Shown here piece after piece: positions 38,215 through 47,864 of a DNA stretch of 64,000 nt (position 1 is its first letter; every line of letters starts with the position of its first letter). The notes beneath the pieces are model-generated. The model ran no database searches and was not told where the DNA came from. It saw only the letters and a program-made list of their open reading frames with translations. The stretch comes from Asaia bogorensis. GTDB taxonomy: Bacteria > Pseudomonadota > Gammaproteobacteria > Burkholderiales > Burkholderiaceae_C. Location: the NCBI GenBank assembly GCA_943371375.1, contig CALRUM020000008.1, positions 9,164 through 73,163 on the forward strand. Reading direction: 5' to 3'. A program made the position numbers and the translations under genes.

Positions 38215-39261
38215 ATGAAGCAAGCCATCTACACCCGCGGAGCCGCGCTCCCTGCCGTACTTGAACAACGCATCGCCATTCTTGACGGCGCCATGGGCAC
38301 CATGATCCAGCGCTTCAAACTCAATGAAGCGCAGTACCGCGGCGAACGTTTCAGGGACTTCCACAAGGACGTCAAGGGCAACAACGAGTTGCTGAGCCTG
38401 ACACGGCCCGACGTGATCCAGGACATCCACGAAGGCTATCTGGCCGCTGGCGCCGACATGATAGAGACCAACACCTTCGGCGCCACCACCGTGGCCCAGG
38501 CCGACTACGACATGGCCGAGCTCGCGGTCGAAATGAATTACGAGTCCGCCCGCATAGCGCGCGCCGCCTGCGACAAGTTTTCCACACCCGACAAGCCGCG
38601 TTTTGTCGTTGGCGCCCTGGGCCCCACACCCAAAACCGCCAGCATCAGCCCCGACGTCAACGACCCCGGCGCGCGCAACACCAGCTTTGAAGAGCTGCGC
38701 AAGGCCTATTACGAGCAGACCGAAGCCCTGGTCAAGGGCGGCGCCGACGTGTTGCTGGTCGAGACGATTTTCGACACGCTCAACGCCAAGGCCGCGCTGT
38801 TTGCGATTGACGAGTACTTCGACAACAGCGGCGAGCGCCTGCCGCTGATCATCAGCGGCACGGTCACCGACGCCTCGGGCCGTATCCTGAGCGGCCAGAC
38901 CGTCACGGCGTTCTGGCACAGCATCCGCCATGCCCAGCCGCTGGCCGTGGGCCTGAACTGCGCACTCGGCGCGACGTTGATGCGCCCCTACATCCAGGAG
39001 CTGGCGCGGGTGGCGGGTGACACCTTCATCAGCTGTTATCCGAACGCCGGTTTGCCCAACCCCATGAGCGACACCGGCTTTGACGAAACGCCGGACGTGA
39101 CCTCGCGCCTGCTGCGCGAGTTTGCCGCCGAAGGGCTGGTGAATATCGTCGGCGGTTGCTGCGGGACGACGCCGGAGCATATTGGGGCGATTCATGAGGC
39201 CGTCAAACCGCTGGCGCCGCGCGGGATTCAACGCGGGTTTTTCTACAAGGAAGCGGCCTGA
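38215..39261 (+). CDS. metH: Methionine synthase, stand-alone homocysteine-binding (N-terminal) domain
   Basis: [41 protein letters not shown]; ends after ~348 aa with no folate or cobalamin domains. Confidence 0.88.
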   Translation: MKQAIYTRGAALPAVLEQRIAILDGAMGTMIQRFKLNEAQYRGERFRDFHKDVKGNNELLSLTRPDVIQDIHEGYLAAGADMIETNTFGATTVAQADYDMAELAVEMNYESARIARAACDKFSTPDKPRFVVGALGPTPKTASISPDVNDPGARNTSFEELRKAYYEQTEALVKGGADVLLVETIFDTLNAKAALFAIDEYFDNSGERLPLIISGTVTDASGRILSGQTVTAFWHSIRHAQPLAVGLNCALGATLMRPYIQELARVAGDTFISCYPNAGLPNPMSDTGFDETPDVTSRLLREFAAEGLVNIVGGCCGTTPEHIGAIHEAVKPLAPRGIQRGFFYKEAA

Positions 39262-39319
39262 ATAGCTGACGGGTCTCAGCAGAGCCAGTTTGATTCAACC
39301 GGCAGTGGGTTGCCAGCTG

Positions 39320-39749
39320 GCCGGGTCTCGCCCCGGCGGGCGACTCACTTTCTCTTGCGTCGCCAAGAGAAAGTAAGCAAAGAGAAGGCGACCCGATGGT
39401 CAGGGTCCTTCCGCTTTGCTCCAGGCAACCTGCGGTGCTCGCCGTTAACGGGGGCTAGCTCGAACTCGCCTTCGGCTCAGACAATCGCTCGCCCTGATCC
39501 GTTTTCGGCTGCGCTCCTCGGCCCAGCCCGACGGGTGGGGGAAACAAATGCGGGTTCGGATGCGGGGAGACGATGACGCGGAGAGCGCGTCATCGTCGGA
39601 CTACGCGGCGGTCATGTTTGCACGCGGGGGCAGCACACGCGGCCAAATGAGGTCCCCCTCCATCGCCCAGCGGGGCGAGGGAGGGGTTAGGGGTGGGAGT
39701 GGGGAGTTAGTCCTACTGTCTAACGCAAGCCCGAGACGCAGCGTGATGC
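39320..39749. mobile_element. Composite non-coding repeat family B, copy 2
   Basis: Same orientation and module order as 33524-33944; also lies between convergent genes. Confidence 0.75.
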
Positions 39750-39759
39750 CGGCAACACC

Positions 39760-40659
39760 TCAGCTCAGCACCACACTGCTCAAGCGCCGCCGGTAAGTCG
39801 CCACCACCGGATCATCCGGCGGAATCTGGCCGTCGGCGACCTTGACCCGGGGCGGCTCGATGATTTCCAGGATGGACACAAAGGTCTTGCGTGCCAGTTC
39901 CCCGTTCCAGGATTTGTCGCGCATCAGGATTTCCAGCAACTCGTCCATCGCCGCCACCCACTGCTGCTGGCTCATGTGCAGTTGTGCCAGCGCGTAACGT
40001 GTGTCGAAGTCCCGCTTGTTGCCTGCAAGTTTTGCATCGAATCCGGCTTTGGCCAGCGCCGCATCTGCGTGAGCAGCTCCTGATTCAATAGCGTTGAGCC
40101 AGTGTTGCAGGGCCTCCAGCTTGCGCACCACCGGCGCTTTGCTGGCTACGGGCGCAAAAGCGGTTTTGGCGTGTTCGACCTGGCCGTGCTGCAGCAGCAG
40201 GCGGATGTAATCGAAGCGTGCGTTGTCGTTGGCCGGGTCGGTGGCAACGGCTGCCTGCAGTTTTTCCAGCACCGCTGCCGGGCTGCTGTCTTCCGGCTCC
40301 GCCATTTCTTCTTCGGCCGGTGGCAACTCTTCGGCCGGCGGCAGGTGTTTGTCGAGAAACTCCTTGACCTTGCCTTCGGGCAGCGCGCCCTGAAAACCGT
40401 CCACCGGCTGGCCGTTGACCATCAGTATGCAGGTCGGAATGCTGCGAATGCCAAAGGCGGCGCCCAGTTGCTGCTCCTGGTCGGAGTCGATCTTGACCAG
40501 CTTGAAGCGTCCGCCGTAGGCGATTTCCACTTTCTCCAGGATGGGCCCCAGAGATTTGCAGGGTCCGCACCAGGGCGCCCAGAAATCAATCAGCACGGGG
40601 GTGGTCATGGAAGCCGCAATGACTTCCTCCTCAAAATTGGCAATGGTGGCGTCGATCAT
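39760..40659 (-). CDS. ybbN: Thioredoxin/TPR co-chaperone YbbN (CnoX)
   Basis: DFWAPWCGPCK, FGIRSIP, C-terminal TPR ELLEILMRDKSWN...YRRRLSS. Confidence 0.9.
   Translation of the reverse strand: MIDATIANFEEEVIAASMTTPVLIDFWAPWCGPCKSLGPILEKVEIAYGGRFKLVKIDSDQEQQLGAAFGIRSIPTCILMVNGQPVDGFQGALPEGKVKEFLDKHLPPAEELPPAEEEMAEPEDSSPAAVLEKLQAAVATDPANDNARFDYIRLLLQHGQVEHAKTAFAPVASKAPVVRKLEALQHWLNAIESGAAHADAALAKAGFDAKLAGNKRDFDTRYALAQLHMSQQQWVAAMDELLEILMRDKSWNGELARKTFVSILEIIEPPRVKVADGQIPPDDPVVATYRRRLSSVVLS
40036..40092 (-). repeat. Family A repeat-derived segment embedded in frame in ybbN
   Basis: Minus strand reads GCTATTGAATCAGGAGC-TGCTCACGCAGATGCGGCGCTGGCCAAAGCCGGATTCGAT, encoding AIESGAAHADAALAKAGFD. Confidence 0.65.
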
Positions 40660-40772
40660 GATGCTGGGCAAATAGGGGTGGATCAGGAAGTTTTCAACCG
40701 GCTGGCGGGCAAGGACGGGACGATAGCACGCTGGCCCGTAAAATCGGCGATGGCAGCTAACCGAAGGTACAC

Positions 40773-41279
40773 ATGACAACGCAAGATCAAAATGCGCCCC
40801 TCATCGGCGTGGTGATGGGCTCCAGCAGCGACTGGAGCACCATGCAGCATGCGGTGCAGATCCTCCAGCAGTTCGGCGTGGCGCATGAGGCGCGCGTGGT
40901 TTCGGCGCACCGCATGCCGGACGAGCTGTTTGCCTATGCCGAGCAGGCCGCCGGGCGCGGTCTCCAGGCCATCATTGCCGGCGCTGGCGGCGCCGCCCAT
41001 CTGCCGGGCATGCTGGCGGCCAAAACCGCCGTGCCGATACTCGGCGTTCCGGTGGCCAGCAACCATTTGCAGGGTGTCGATTCGCTGCACAGTATTGTGC
41101 AGATGCCCAAGGGTGTGCCGGTCGCGACTTTTGCCATTGGCAACGCCGGCGCTGCCAATGCCGCCCTGTTTGCTGTGGCCATGCTGGCCACCCACGACAA
41201 AACGCTGGCCGACAAGCTGCAGGCCTTCCGCGCCGAACAGACCGCCGCTGCGCGCGCCATGACACTTCCTCCCGCATGA
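40773..41279 (+). CDS. purE: N5-CAIR mutase
   Basis: [37 protein letters not shown]. Confidence 0.97.
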   Translation: MTTQDQNAPLIGVVMGSSSDWSTMQHAVQILQQFGVAHEARVVSAHRMPDELFAYAEQAAGRGLQAIIAGAGGAAHLPGMLAAKTAVPILGVPVASNHLQGVDSLHSIVQMPKGVPVATFAIGNAGAANAALFAVAMLATHDKTLADKLQAFRAEQTAAARAMTLPPA

Positions 41280-42496
41280 GCCTTCCGATCTTTCCGGGCG
41301 CTTTGGATGCCTTGGGCCAGCCAGCCACCCTGGGTGTGATGGGCGGCGGGCAGCTGGGCCGCATGTTTGTGCATGCTGCGCAGCGCCTCGGTTATTTCAC
41401 GGCGGTGCTCGACCCCGATGCAGACAGCCCGGCGGGCCGCGTCAGCCATCACCACATCCAGGCCGGTTACAGCGATGCGGCTGGCCTGGCGCAACTGGCA
41501 TCGCTGTGCGCCGCCATCACCACCGAATTTGAAAACGTGCCGGCTGAGGCCCTGCAGGCGCTGGCCGCCAGCCGGCCGGTGGCGCCTGGCGCAGCGGCGG
41601 TGGCGATTGCGCAGGATCGCATCGAGGAAAAAGCCCACTTCAGCGCCAGCGCCGGTGTCGCAGGTGTCAGCTGCGCGCCTTATGCGGTCATCAGGACTGC
41701 GCAACAGCTGCGCGCCGTGCCGGCCGATCTGCTGCCCGGCATCCTGAAAACCGCACGTTTGGGTTACGACGGCAAGGGCCAGCTGCGTGTGGGCAACATG
41801 GCCGAACTGGCGGTGGCCTGGGCGGATTTGAAGGGTGTGCCCTGCGTGCTGGAAAAGCGGCTGCCGCTGAAGGCCGAGTGTTCGGTCATTGTGGCGCGCG
41901 GCTGGGACGGTGCGGTGGTGGGTTTTGCGCCGCAGTACAACCTGCATGTGGACGGCATTCTGGCCGTCACTGCCGCCCACGAAGGAAATATACCGCCAGC
42001 CCTTGCACAGCGGGCGCGAGCAGCTACTGAATCCATAGCAAGCCACATCGGCTATGTCGGTGTGTTGTGTGTCGAGTTTTTTGTCATCGACGACGGCAGT
42101 GCCGATGGCGCGCTGGTGGTCAACGAAATGGCGCCACGCCCCCACAACAGCGGCCACTACACGCTGGACGCCTGCGATGTCTCGCAGTTTGACCTGCAGG
42201 TGCACGCCATGGCGGGCTTGCCGCTGCCGCTGCCGCGCCAGCATTCACCGGCCATCATGCTCAATCTGCTGGGCGATGTGTGGCTCGATGCCGCAGGCCA
42301 GGCGCGCACGCCCGACTGGCAAGCCGTGCTGGCCCTGCCCGGCACACACCTGCATCTGTACGGCAAGCTCGAAGCCCGCCCCGGCCGCAAAATGGGCCAC
42401 CTGACCATCACCGGCGCCGATGTGGCGTCGGTGCAGGCGGTGGCGCGCCAGGCCGCTCGGGTTCTGCGGCTGCCGGGGCTGGACGCGCTGGGATGA
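41276..42496 (+). CDS. purK: N5-CAIR synthetase
   Basis: [46 protein letters not shown]. Confidence 0.96.
   Translation: MSLPIFPGALDALGQPATLGVMGGGQLGRMFVHAAQRLGYFTAVLDPDADSPAGRVSHHHIQAGYSDAAGLAQLASLCAAITTEFENVPAEALQALAASRPVAPGAAAVAIAQDRIEEKAHFSASAGVAGVSCAPYAVIRTAQQLRAVPADLLPGILKTARLGYDGKGQLRVGNMAELAVAWADLKGVPCVLEKRLPLKAECSVIVARGWDGAVVGFAPQYNLHVDGILAVTAAHEGNIPPALAQRARAATESIASHIGYVGVLCVEFFVIDDGSADGALVVNEMAPRPHNSGHYTLDACDVSQFDLQVHAMAGLPLPLPRQHSPAIMLNLLGDVWLDAAGQARTPDWQAVLALPGTHLHLYGKLEARPGRKMGHLTITGADVASVQAVARQAARVLRLPGLDALG
41986..42039 (-). repeat. Family A repeat-derived segment embedded in frame in purK (body first, head last on the coding strand)
   Basis: AAATATACCGCCAGCCCTTGCACAGCGGGCGCGAGCA-GCTACTGAATCCATAGC closely parallels the 9390-9445 copy. 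Confidence 0.7.
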
Positions 42497-43473
42497 TTCG
42501 CGCTGGCAGCGATCCTGCGGCGATTGCCGAGGCGGCGCGGGTGATCCGCTCTGGCGGCCTGGTCGGCTTTGCGACTGAAACCGTCTACGGCCTGGGCGCC
42601 GATGCGTCCAGCGACAGCGCGGTCGCCGGCATCTTCGCCGCCAAGGGCAGGCCCAGCAACCATCCGCTGATCGTGCATGTGGCTGAGTCCGTCCAGGTGC
42701 CCGATTACGCGGCCAGCGTGCCGCTTTTTGCCAGCCGCCTGATGCAGGCGTTCTGGCCCGGGCCTTTGACGGTGATCCTGCCACGCAAGCCCGGCGTGGC
42801 CGCCGCAGCGGCCGGCGGACAGGACTCGATTGGCCTGCGCTGCCCGGCGCACCCGGTGGCGCGCGCCCTGCTCAAGGCCTGTGCCACGGGCCTGGCCGCA
42901 CCCAGCGCCAACCGTTTCGGTCGCGTCAGCCCGACCACCGCACAACATGTGGCCCAGGAGTTTGGCGAGGACTTGCTGGTGCTCGACGGCGGACCGTGCG
43001 AGGTCGGCATCGAGTCCAGCATTGTGGATTGCACACGCAGCCGCCCGGTGCTGCTGCGCCCCGGTGTGCTGTCGCGCGCGCAGCTGGAGGCAGCGTGTGG
43101 CGAGGCAGTACTCAGCAACGAAGAGTTCATGGGAAGCGACGCCCCGCGCGCCTCCGGCACCCTCGAATCGCACTACGCGCCCGATGCCCGGGTGCGGCTG
43201 ATGGACGCGCAGGCGATACAGACGGCACTCGACCTGCTGGGCCCGGACGCCGCACACATTGCGGTGTATGCGCGTGCGATTGTGCGTATCCAGTCCACGC
43301 AGGTGGTGTACCGGCGCATGCCCGACGACGCGGCGGCCGCCGCGCAGCAGCTGTTTGCGGTGCTGCGCGGCTTTGATGCGCAGGGCGTCAAGCTGATCTG
43401 GATTGAACACCCGCCGGCCGATGTGTCCTGGGACGGTGTGCGGGACCGGCTGCTGCGGGCGGCTGCGGATTGA
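42493..43473 (+). CDS. tsaC: L-threonylcarbamoyladenylate synthase (SUA5-type TsaC)
   Basis: FATETVYGLG, KGRPSNHPLIVH, FWPGPLT, APSANRFG, GIESSIVD, SUA5 C-domain SHYAP. Confidence 0.92.
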   Translation: MIRAGSDPAAIAEAARVIRSGGLVGFATETVYGLGADASSDSAVAGIFAAKGRPSNHPLIVHVAESVQVPDYAASVPLFASRLMQAFWPGPLTVILPRKPGVAAAAAGGQDSIGLRCPAHPVARALLKACATGLAAPSANRFGRVSPTTAQHVAQEFGEDLLVLDGGPCEVGIESSIVDCTRSRPVLLRPGVLSRAQLEAACGEAVLSNEEFMGSDAPRASGTLESHYAPDARVRLMDAQAIQTALDLLGPDAAHIAVYARAIVRIQSTQVVYRRMPDDAAAAAQQLFAVLRGFDAQGVKLIWIEHPPADVSWDGVRDRLLRAAAD

Positions 43474-43578
43474 CGGGTGTCCATGGCGCAGTGCATAGTG
43501 ACCCATTGACCCATTGACGCGTTGCGAGCAAAGGACAACGATGACATTTCCTTCCATGGCAGCCGGCCCCGCATCCGC

Positions 43579-44448
43579 ATGAGCCTTGATCCCGAATTCC
43601 CCAGGGTCAGCGCTGTACCGGCCATGGCCGCGTTGCTGGCGCAATTGCGTGCAGGCGGCGACGCCGCCGCGACAGAGCAGGAAATCCTGCGCATCACCGG
43701 CTTCCTGGAGGCTGAACTGAAGCAGCGCAGCGCCGAGCTGGCCGCTGCAAACAGCGAGCTGGAGAATTTTTCCTATTCGGTCTCGCACGACCTGCGCGCG
43801 CCGCTGAGCACCATAGACGGCTTCAGCCGTCTGCTGGAGGGCGCGGTGGCCAAGGGCAATGCGGAACGCAGCACGCACTACCTGCAGCGCATACGCCTGG
43901 GTGTGGCCAATATCAATGAGCTGATTGCTGCCCTGCTGGCAGTGTCGCGCCTGCTGCGTGCGCCCATGACGCTGCAGACGGTGGATCTGGCTGCGCTGGC
44001 TGCCGAGGTATTTGCAGCGCTGCAGCAGGCCGAGCCGGAGCGGGTGCTGCAGCTCAGCATCCAGCCCGGGCTGCAGGTGCGTGGTGACCCGGCCCTGATC
44101 CGGCAACTGGTTGAGCATCTGGCCGGCAACGCCTGGAAGTTCAGCGCCAAAAAAGACCGCGTACAGATTGCGGTGGGCAGCCAGCCGGGGCCGGCTGGCG
44201 AGACGGTTTATTTTTTCCGCGACAACGGCGCAGGTTTCGACATGGCGCATGCGGACAAGCTGTTTGGCATCTTTCAGCGCCTGCATGTGTCGTCGGACTT
44301 TCCGGGCATAGGCGCGGGCCTGAGCGCGGTGCAGCGCATCGTGCTTCGCCATGGCGGGCGTGTCTGGGCGCAGGCGCTGCCGGAGCAGGGGGCCACGATT
44401 TATTTCACGCTGGCAGCGTCGGCGCCCGGTCTTGCCGCTGCTGCCTGA
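43579..44448 (+). CDS. Minimal histidine kinase (HisKA-HATPase with almost no sensor region)
   Basis: FSYSVSHDLRAPL, HLAGNAWKF, DNGAGF, GIGAGL; only ~60 aa precede the H-box; start uncertain (43522-43624). Confidence 0.8.
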   Translation: MSLDPEFPRVSAVPAMAALLAQLRAGGDAAATEQEILRITGFLEAELKQRSAELAAANSELENFSYSVSHDLRAPLSTIDGFSRLLEGAVAKGNAERSTHYLQRIRLGVANINELIAALLAVSRLLRAPMTLQTVDLAALAAEVFAALQQAEPERVLQLSIQPGLQVRGDPALIRQLVEHLAGNAWKFSAKKDRVQIAVGSQPGPAGETVYFFRDNGAGFDMAHADKLFGIFQRLHVSSDFPGIGAGLSAVQRIVLRHGGRVWAQALPEQGATIYFTLAASAPGLAAAA

Positions 44449-44468
44449 GCACCAGGCCAAGGCAATTA

Positions 44469-44521
44469 GCTATTGTTTTGATAGCTGTTGATGCGGGTCC
44501 GGCAAGGGCAAGGTGATTTTT
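44469..44521 (+). repeat. REP-like repeat family A, copy between convergent genes
   Basis: Head GCTATTGTTTTGATAGC is the exact reverse complement of the head at 49721-49737. Confidence 0.8.
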
Positions 44522-44540
44522 GCTTCAGGCCGGCGACAAC

Positions 44541-45332
44541 TCAGGCGGTTAGCCGCCTTTTGGCGGCAGCCACCGCCGACAGAAAATCTTCGAGCACCGC
44601 CGCGTCGTCAATCGTGTCCGAGCCCGGTTGGTGAAACTCGGGGTGCCATTGCAGCGCCGCGATATAGGTTTTGGCCGGGTCTTTGCGGCGTATCGCTTCC
44701 ACAATGCCGTCGGGCACACTGAAGGCTTCGGCCTCGAACTCGGGCGCCAGGTCCTTGATGCCCTGGTGGTGAATGCTGTTGACCCGGACCCGCTCCACCC
44801 CGGGGTACAGGCGTGAGAGTTGCGAGCCTTGCACGATCTCCACACTGTGGAAGTTCTGGTCGTAACTCACCGCGTCGCGGTGCACATGCGATTCGGGCAC
44901 CTGGGTTTCAATGTCCTGGTACAGCGTGCCGCCGTAGGCCACGTTGAGCAGTTGCAGGCCACGGCAGATGCCAAACACCGGTTTGCCGGCTTTTTCAAAC
45001 GACGCCACCAGCGCCTTGTCGTAGTCGTCGCGCACCCGGTCGCCGGACCAGCGTTCCTCCAGCGGGTCTTCGCCATAACTGCCAGGCCAGACATCGGCGC
45101 CGCCGTGTAGCACCAGCCCGTCCAGCCACTGGGCGTAGTCGTCAAAACCCACATCGCCGCGCTGGGTGGCGCCGGTTGGGCAAGGCACCATGACCACCAT
45201 GGCGCCGGAAGACATGATCCAGTGCGCGACGGTCTGCTCCACATACTGCAGGGTTTTGCCGGTGAACAGCGAACGTGCCGGGTCGGCATGGGAAAAGCAG
45301 GCCGACAGGCCAATTTTCAGGCGGGTGCGCAT
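44541..45332 (-). CDS. Gamma-glutamyl-gamma-aminobutyrate hydrolase-like glutamine amidotransferase (peptidase C26)
   Basis: LVLHGGADV, FGICRGLQ (nucleophile Cys), VNSIHHQG, LQWHPE. Confidence 0.9.
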   Translation of the reverse strand: MRTRLKIGLSACFSHADPARSLFTGKTLQYVEQTVAHWIMSSGAMVVMVPCPTGATQRGDVGFDDYAQWLDGLVLHGGADVWPGSYGEDPLEERWSGDRVRDDYDKALVASFEKAGKPVFGICRGLQLLNVAYGGTLYQDIETQVPESHVHRDAVSYDQNFHSVEIVQGSQLSRLYPGVERVRVNSIHHQGIKDLAPEFEAEAFSVPDGIVEAIRRKDPAKTYIAALQWHPEFHQPGSDTIDDAAVLEDFLSAVAAAKRRLTA

Positions 45333-45419
45333 GTGGCGCCGGCTGTTCGAGTCTGTGGTTTTGCGCATCGCGGTGGGGACGTTCAGGCCTGAAGCTGCAG
45401 TGTAGTGATGCGACCGGAA

Positions 45420-46862
45420 TTATTCCTGCGCCAGCTCGGCAAACCCCATGAAGCGAACGGTCACGCGCGCACCTGGCGGCGTGTGCCCGGGCAGCGCGTC
45501 TTCAACCGAGACCGTGGCGCCATGCTGGCGTGCAATTTCCTGCACGATGGCCAGCCCCAGGCCGGAGCCGTCGACATTGGTTCCCAGGGCACGGTAAAAA
45601 GGCTGAAACACCAGTTCACGCTCGGCTGCCGCAATACCCGGCCCCGAGTCTTCGACCAGCAGCACAATCACGCCGCTGAAGCGGTCGGTCAGCAGCCGCA
45701 CCGTGACCTGCCCGCCGTCGGGTGTGTAGTTCAGCGCGTTGTCCAGCAGGTTGCGCACCAGCTCCTTGAGCAGGGTCGGATTCGCCTCCAGCATGCTGGC
45801 GGCTTCGCCGGGGGGCGGGCCGTCGTAGCCCAGGTCTATGTGTTTTTCCAGCGCGCGTGGCACCGAGTCCTGAATCGCCTCGGACAGGATCTGGACCAGG
45901 TCCAGCCGCTGCTTGGCCAGGCTGCGGCCGGTGGCCTCGGCCCGCGCCAGTGCCAGCAACTGATTCACGGTGTGGGTGGCACGTATGCTGGCGCGGCCTA
46001 TGTGTTTGAGCGACTTTTTGAGCTCGTCGGCGTCGGTTTCGCGCTGCGCCAGGTCGGCCTGCATGCGCAGCCCGGCCAGCGGCGTTTTGAGCTGGTGCGC
46101 GGCGTCGGCCAGAAAGCGTTTCTGGGTGGTCAGCAAGACCTTGAGCCGGCCCAGCAAGTCGTTGATGGACGAGACCAGCGGCGCGACTTCTTCCGGCACG
46201 ATGGTTTCGTCCAGCGGGCTCATGTCGTCGGACTTGCGCGCGCGTATGCGTTTTTCCAGCTGGTCCAGCGGCTTGATGCCGCGCACCAGCGCCAGCCAGA
46301 CCAGCAGCACCGCCAGCGGCAGCGTGACGAACTGCGGCACCATCACGCCCTTGACAATTTCTGTGGCCAGCGTCTTGCGTTTTTCCAGTGTTTCGGCCAC
46401 CTGCACCAGCACCGGATGGCCGCCCGGCGCATCGACCTTGATCCAGGTGTGGGCAATGCGCACCTCCTGTCCCTGCATGGTTTCCTCGCGCAGCCGTACT
46501 TCGCCGTCAAAGGCCATCTCCTCGTCCGTCGGCAGGGGCAGGTCGTGCTCACCACTGATGAATTCGCCACGCGCGCCCAGCACCTGGTAAAACACCAGGT
46601 CGGTGTCGTCGGCCCGCAGGATTTCACGTGCTGGTGCGGTCAGGTTGAACTGCACCTGCCGGTTTTTGACAACAATCAGTTTGGCCAGCGCCTGCACGTT
46701 GTATTCAAGCGCGCGGTCAAACGGCTTGCCGGCAATGTTCTGGGCCACCAGCCAGGTCAGCGCCAGGCTGATCGGCCACAGCAGCAGCAGCGGCGTGAGC
46801 ATCCAGTCGAGGATTTCCCCGAACAGGCTGCGGCGCTCGCGCTGGAAAAGTCTTAAAGCCAC
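45420..46862 (-). CDS. Sensor histidine kinase, TctE/QseC-like
   Basis: 2CSK_N-type periplasmic region, HAMP, ADAAHQLKTPL H-box, NLLDNA, EDSGPG, GSGLGL. Confidence 0.92.
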   Translation of the reverse strand: MALRLFQRERRSLFGEILDWMLTPLLLLWPISLALTWLVAQNIAGKPFDRALEYNVQALAKLIVVKNRQVQFNLTAPAREILRADDTDLVFYQVLGARGEFISGEHDLPLPTDEEMAFDGEVRLREETMQGQEVRIAHTWIKVDAPGGHPVLVQVAETLEKRKTLATEIVKGVMVPQFVTLPLAVLLVWLALVRGIKPLDQLEKRIRARKSDDMSPLDETIVPEEVAPLVSSINDLLGRLKVLLTTQKRFLADAAHQLKTPLAGLRMQADLAQRETDADELKKSLKHIGRASIRATHTVNQLLALARAEATGRSLAKQRLDLVQILSEAIQDSVPRALEKHIDLGYDGPPPGEAASMLEANPTLLKELVRNLLDNALNYTPDGGQVTVRLLTDRFSGVIVLLVEDSGPGIAAAERELVFQPFYRALGTNVDGSGLGLAIVQEIARQHGATVSVEDALPGHTPPGARVTVRFMGFAELAQE

Positions 46863-46897
46863 AATTCGACAAGCGCAGGCGCCATGCCTTCATCCAA

Positions 46898-46992
46898 GCA
46901 GGGGCCGCGGAACCGGCTTAGCCGGGCCGCAGGCGCAGCGGCCCCCCCGGGGCTGGTGCCTGCGGCTCCGAACCTGCTTGAGCAGGTTCGGA
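46898..46992 (+). repeat. GC-rich palindromic repeat family C, copy 1 (within the 214-bp gap of a two-component operon)
   Basis: GCAGGGGCCGCGGAACCGGCTTAGCCGGGCCGCAGGCGC matches the reverse complement of the 50266-50321 copy at 35 of 39 nt; adjacent TCCGAACCTGCT/AGCAGGTTCGGA hairpin. Confidence 0.7.
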
Positions 46993-47076
46993 CAGGCGCC
47001 AGAAGCGAAGCCTCCGGCGAGCGGTGGCCTGCAAGGTGCAGGGAGCTGCGCGCAGCGAGCGACCGTGGGGGCAACA

Positions 47077-47751
47077 TCAACCAGGAATCTTTTCCAGGCA
47101 ATAACCGAGTCCGCGCACCGTGGCAATTCGCACCGGGCCTTTCTCGATTTTTTTGCGCAGCCGGTGGATATAGACCTCAATCGCATTGTTGCTGACCTCT
47201 TCGCCCCATTCACACAGGCGCTCGACCAGCTGGTCCTTGCTGACGAGGCGGCCGGCGCGTTGCAGCAAGACCTCGAGCAGGCCGAGTTCGCGCGCCGACA
47301 GCTCCACCATCTGGCCGTCTATGGTGGCCACACGCCCGGCCTGGTCATACACCAGCGGCCCGTGTTTGATGGTGCTGCTGGCGCCGCCCATGCCGCGGCG
47401 TATCAGGGCGCGCACACGCGCTTCGAGTTCCTGCAGCGAAAAAGGTTTGGCCATGTAGTCGTCGGCGCCATAGTCCAGGCCCTTGACGCGTTCTTCGACG
47501 CTGTCGGCGGCGGTCAGGATCAGCACCGGCATGGCCGAGCCGCGTGCGCGCAGGCGCTTGAGCACTTCGAGCCCGTGCATGCGCGGCAGGCCCAGGTCCA
47601 GGATCAGCAGGTCGAACTCGGTGTTGGTCATCAGCGCGGCGTCGGCCTCGGTGCCGCTGGCCACATGGTCGGCCGCAGCGCCGGAGTTGCGCAAGGTGCG
47701 CAGCAAGCCGTCGGCCAGGACCTGGTCATCTTCTGCAATCAAAATACGCAT
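47077..47751 (-). CDS. OmpR-family response regulator, TctD/QseB-like
   Basis: MRILIAEDD, ILDLGLPRMHG, GADDYMAKPF, NAIEVYIHRLRKK, TVRGLGY. Confidence 0.94.
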   Translation of the reverse strand: MRILIAEDDQVLADGLLRTLRNSGAAADHVASGTEADAALMTNTEFDLLILDLGLPRMHGLEVLKRLRARGSAMPVLILTAADSVEERVKGLDYGADDYMAKPFSLQELEARVRALIRRGMGGASSTIKHGPLVYDQAGRVATIDGQMVELSARELGLLEVLLQRAGRLVSKDQLVERLCEWGEEVSNNAIEVYIHRLRKKIEKGPVRIATVRGLGYCLEKIPG

Positions 47752-47864
47752 GCTTGTCTCCTGAGGGGATGACTGCACGCTCCGGCGGAGGCGCAGGCTG
47801 AAACGGCTCTGGGGGCTGTTTTTCAAATTTTAGGCTTTTATCGCCCTTGAGTTGCTGACAGACA

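Noticed and set aside
39258-39300. Possible degenerate family A copy after the metH stop (ATAGCTGACGGG...AGAGCCAGTTTGAT)
   Set aside because: The left arm of the head is missing and alignment needs two gaps; too weak to count.
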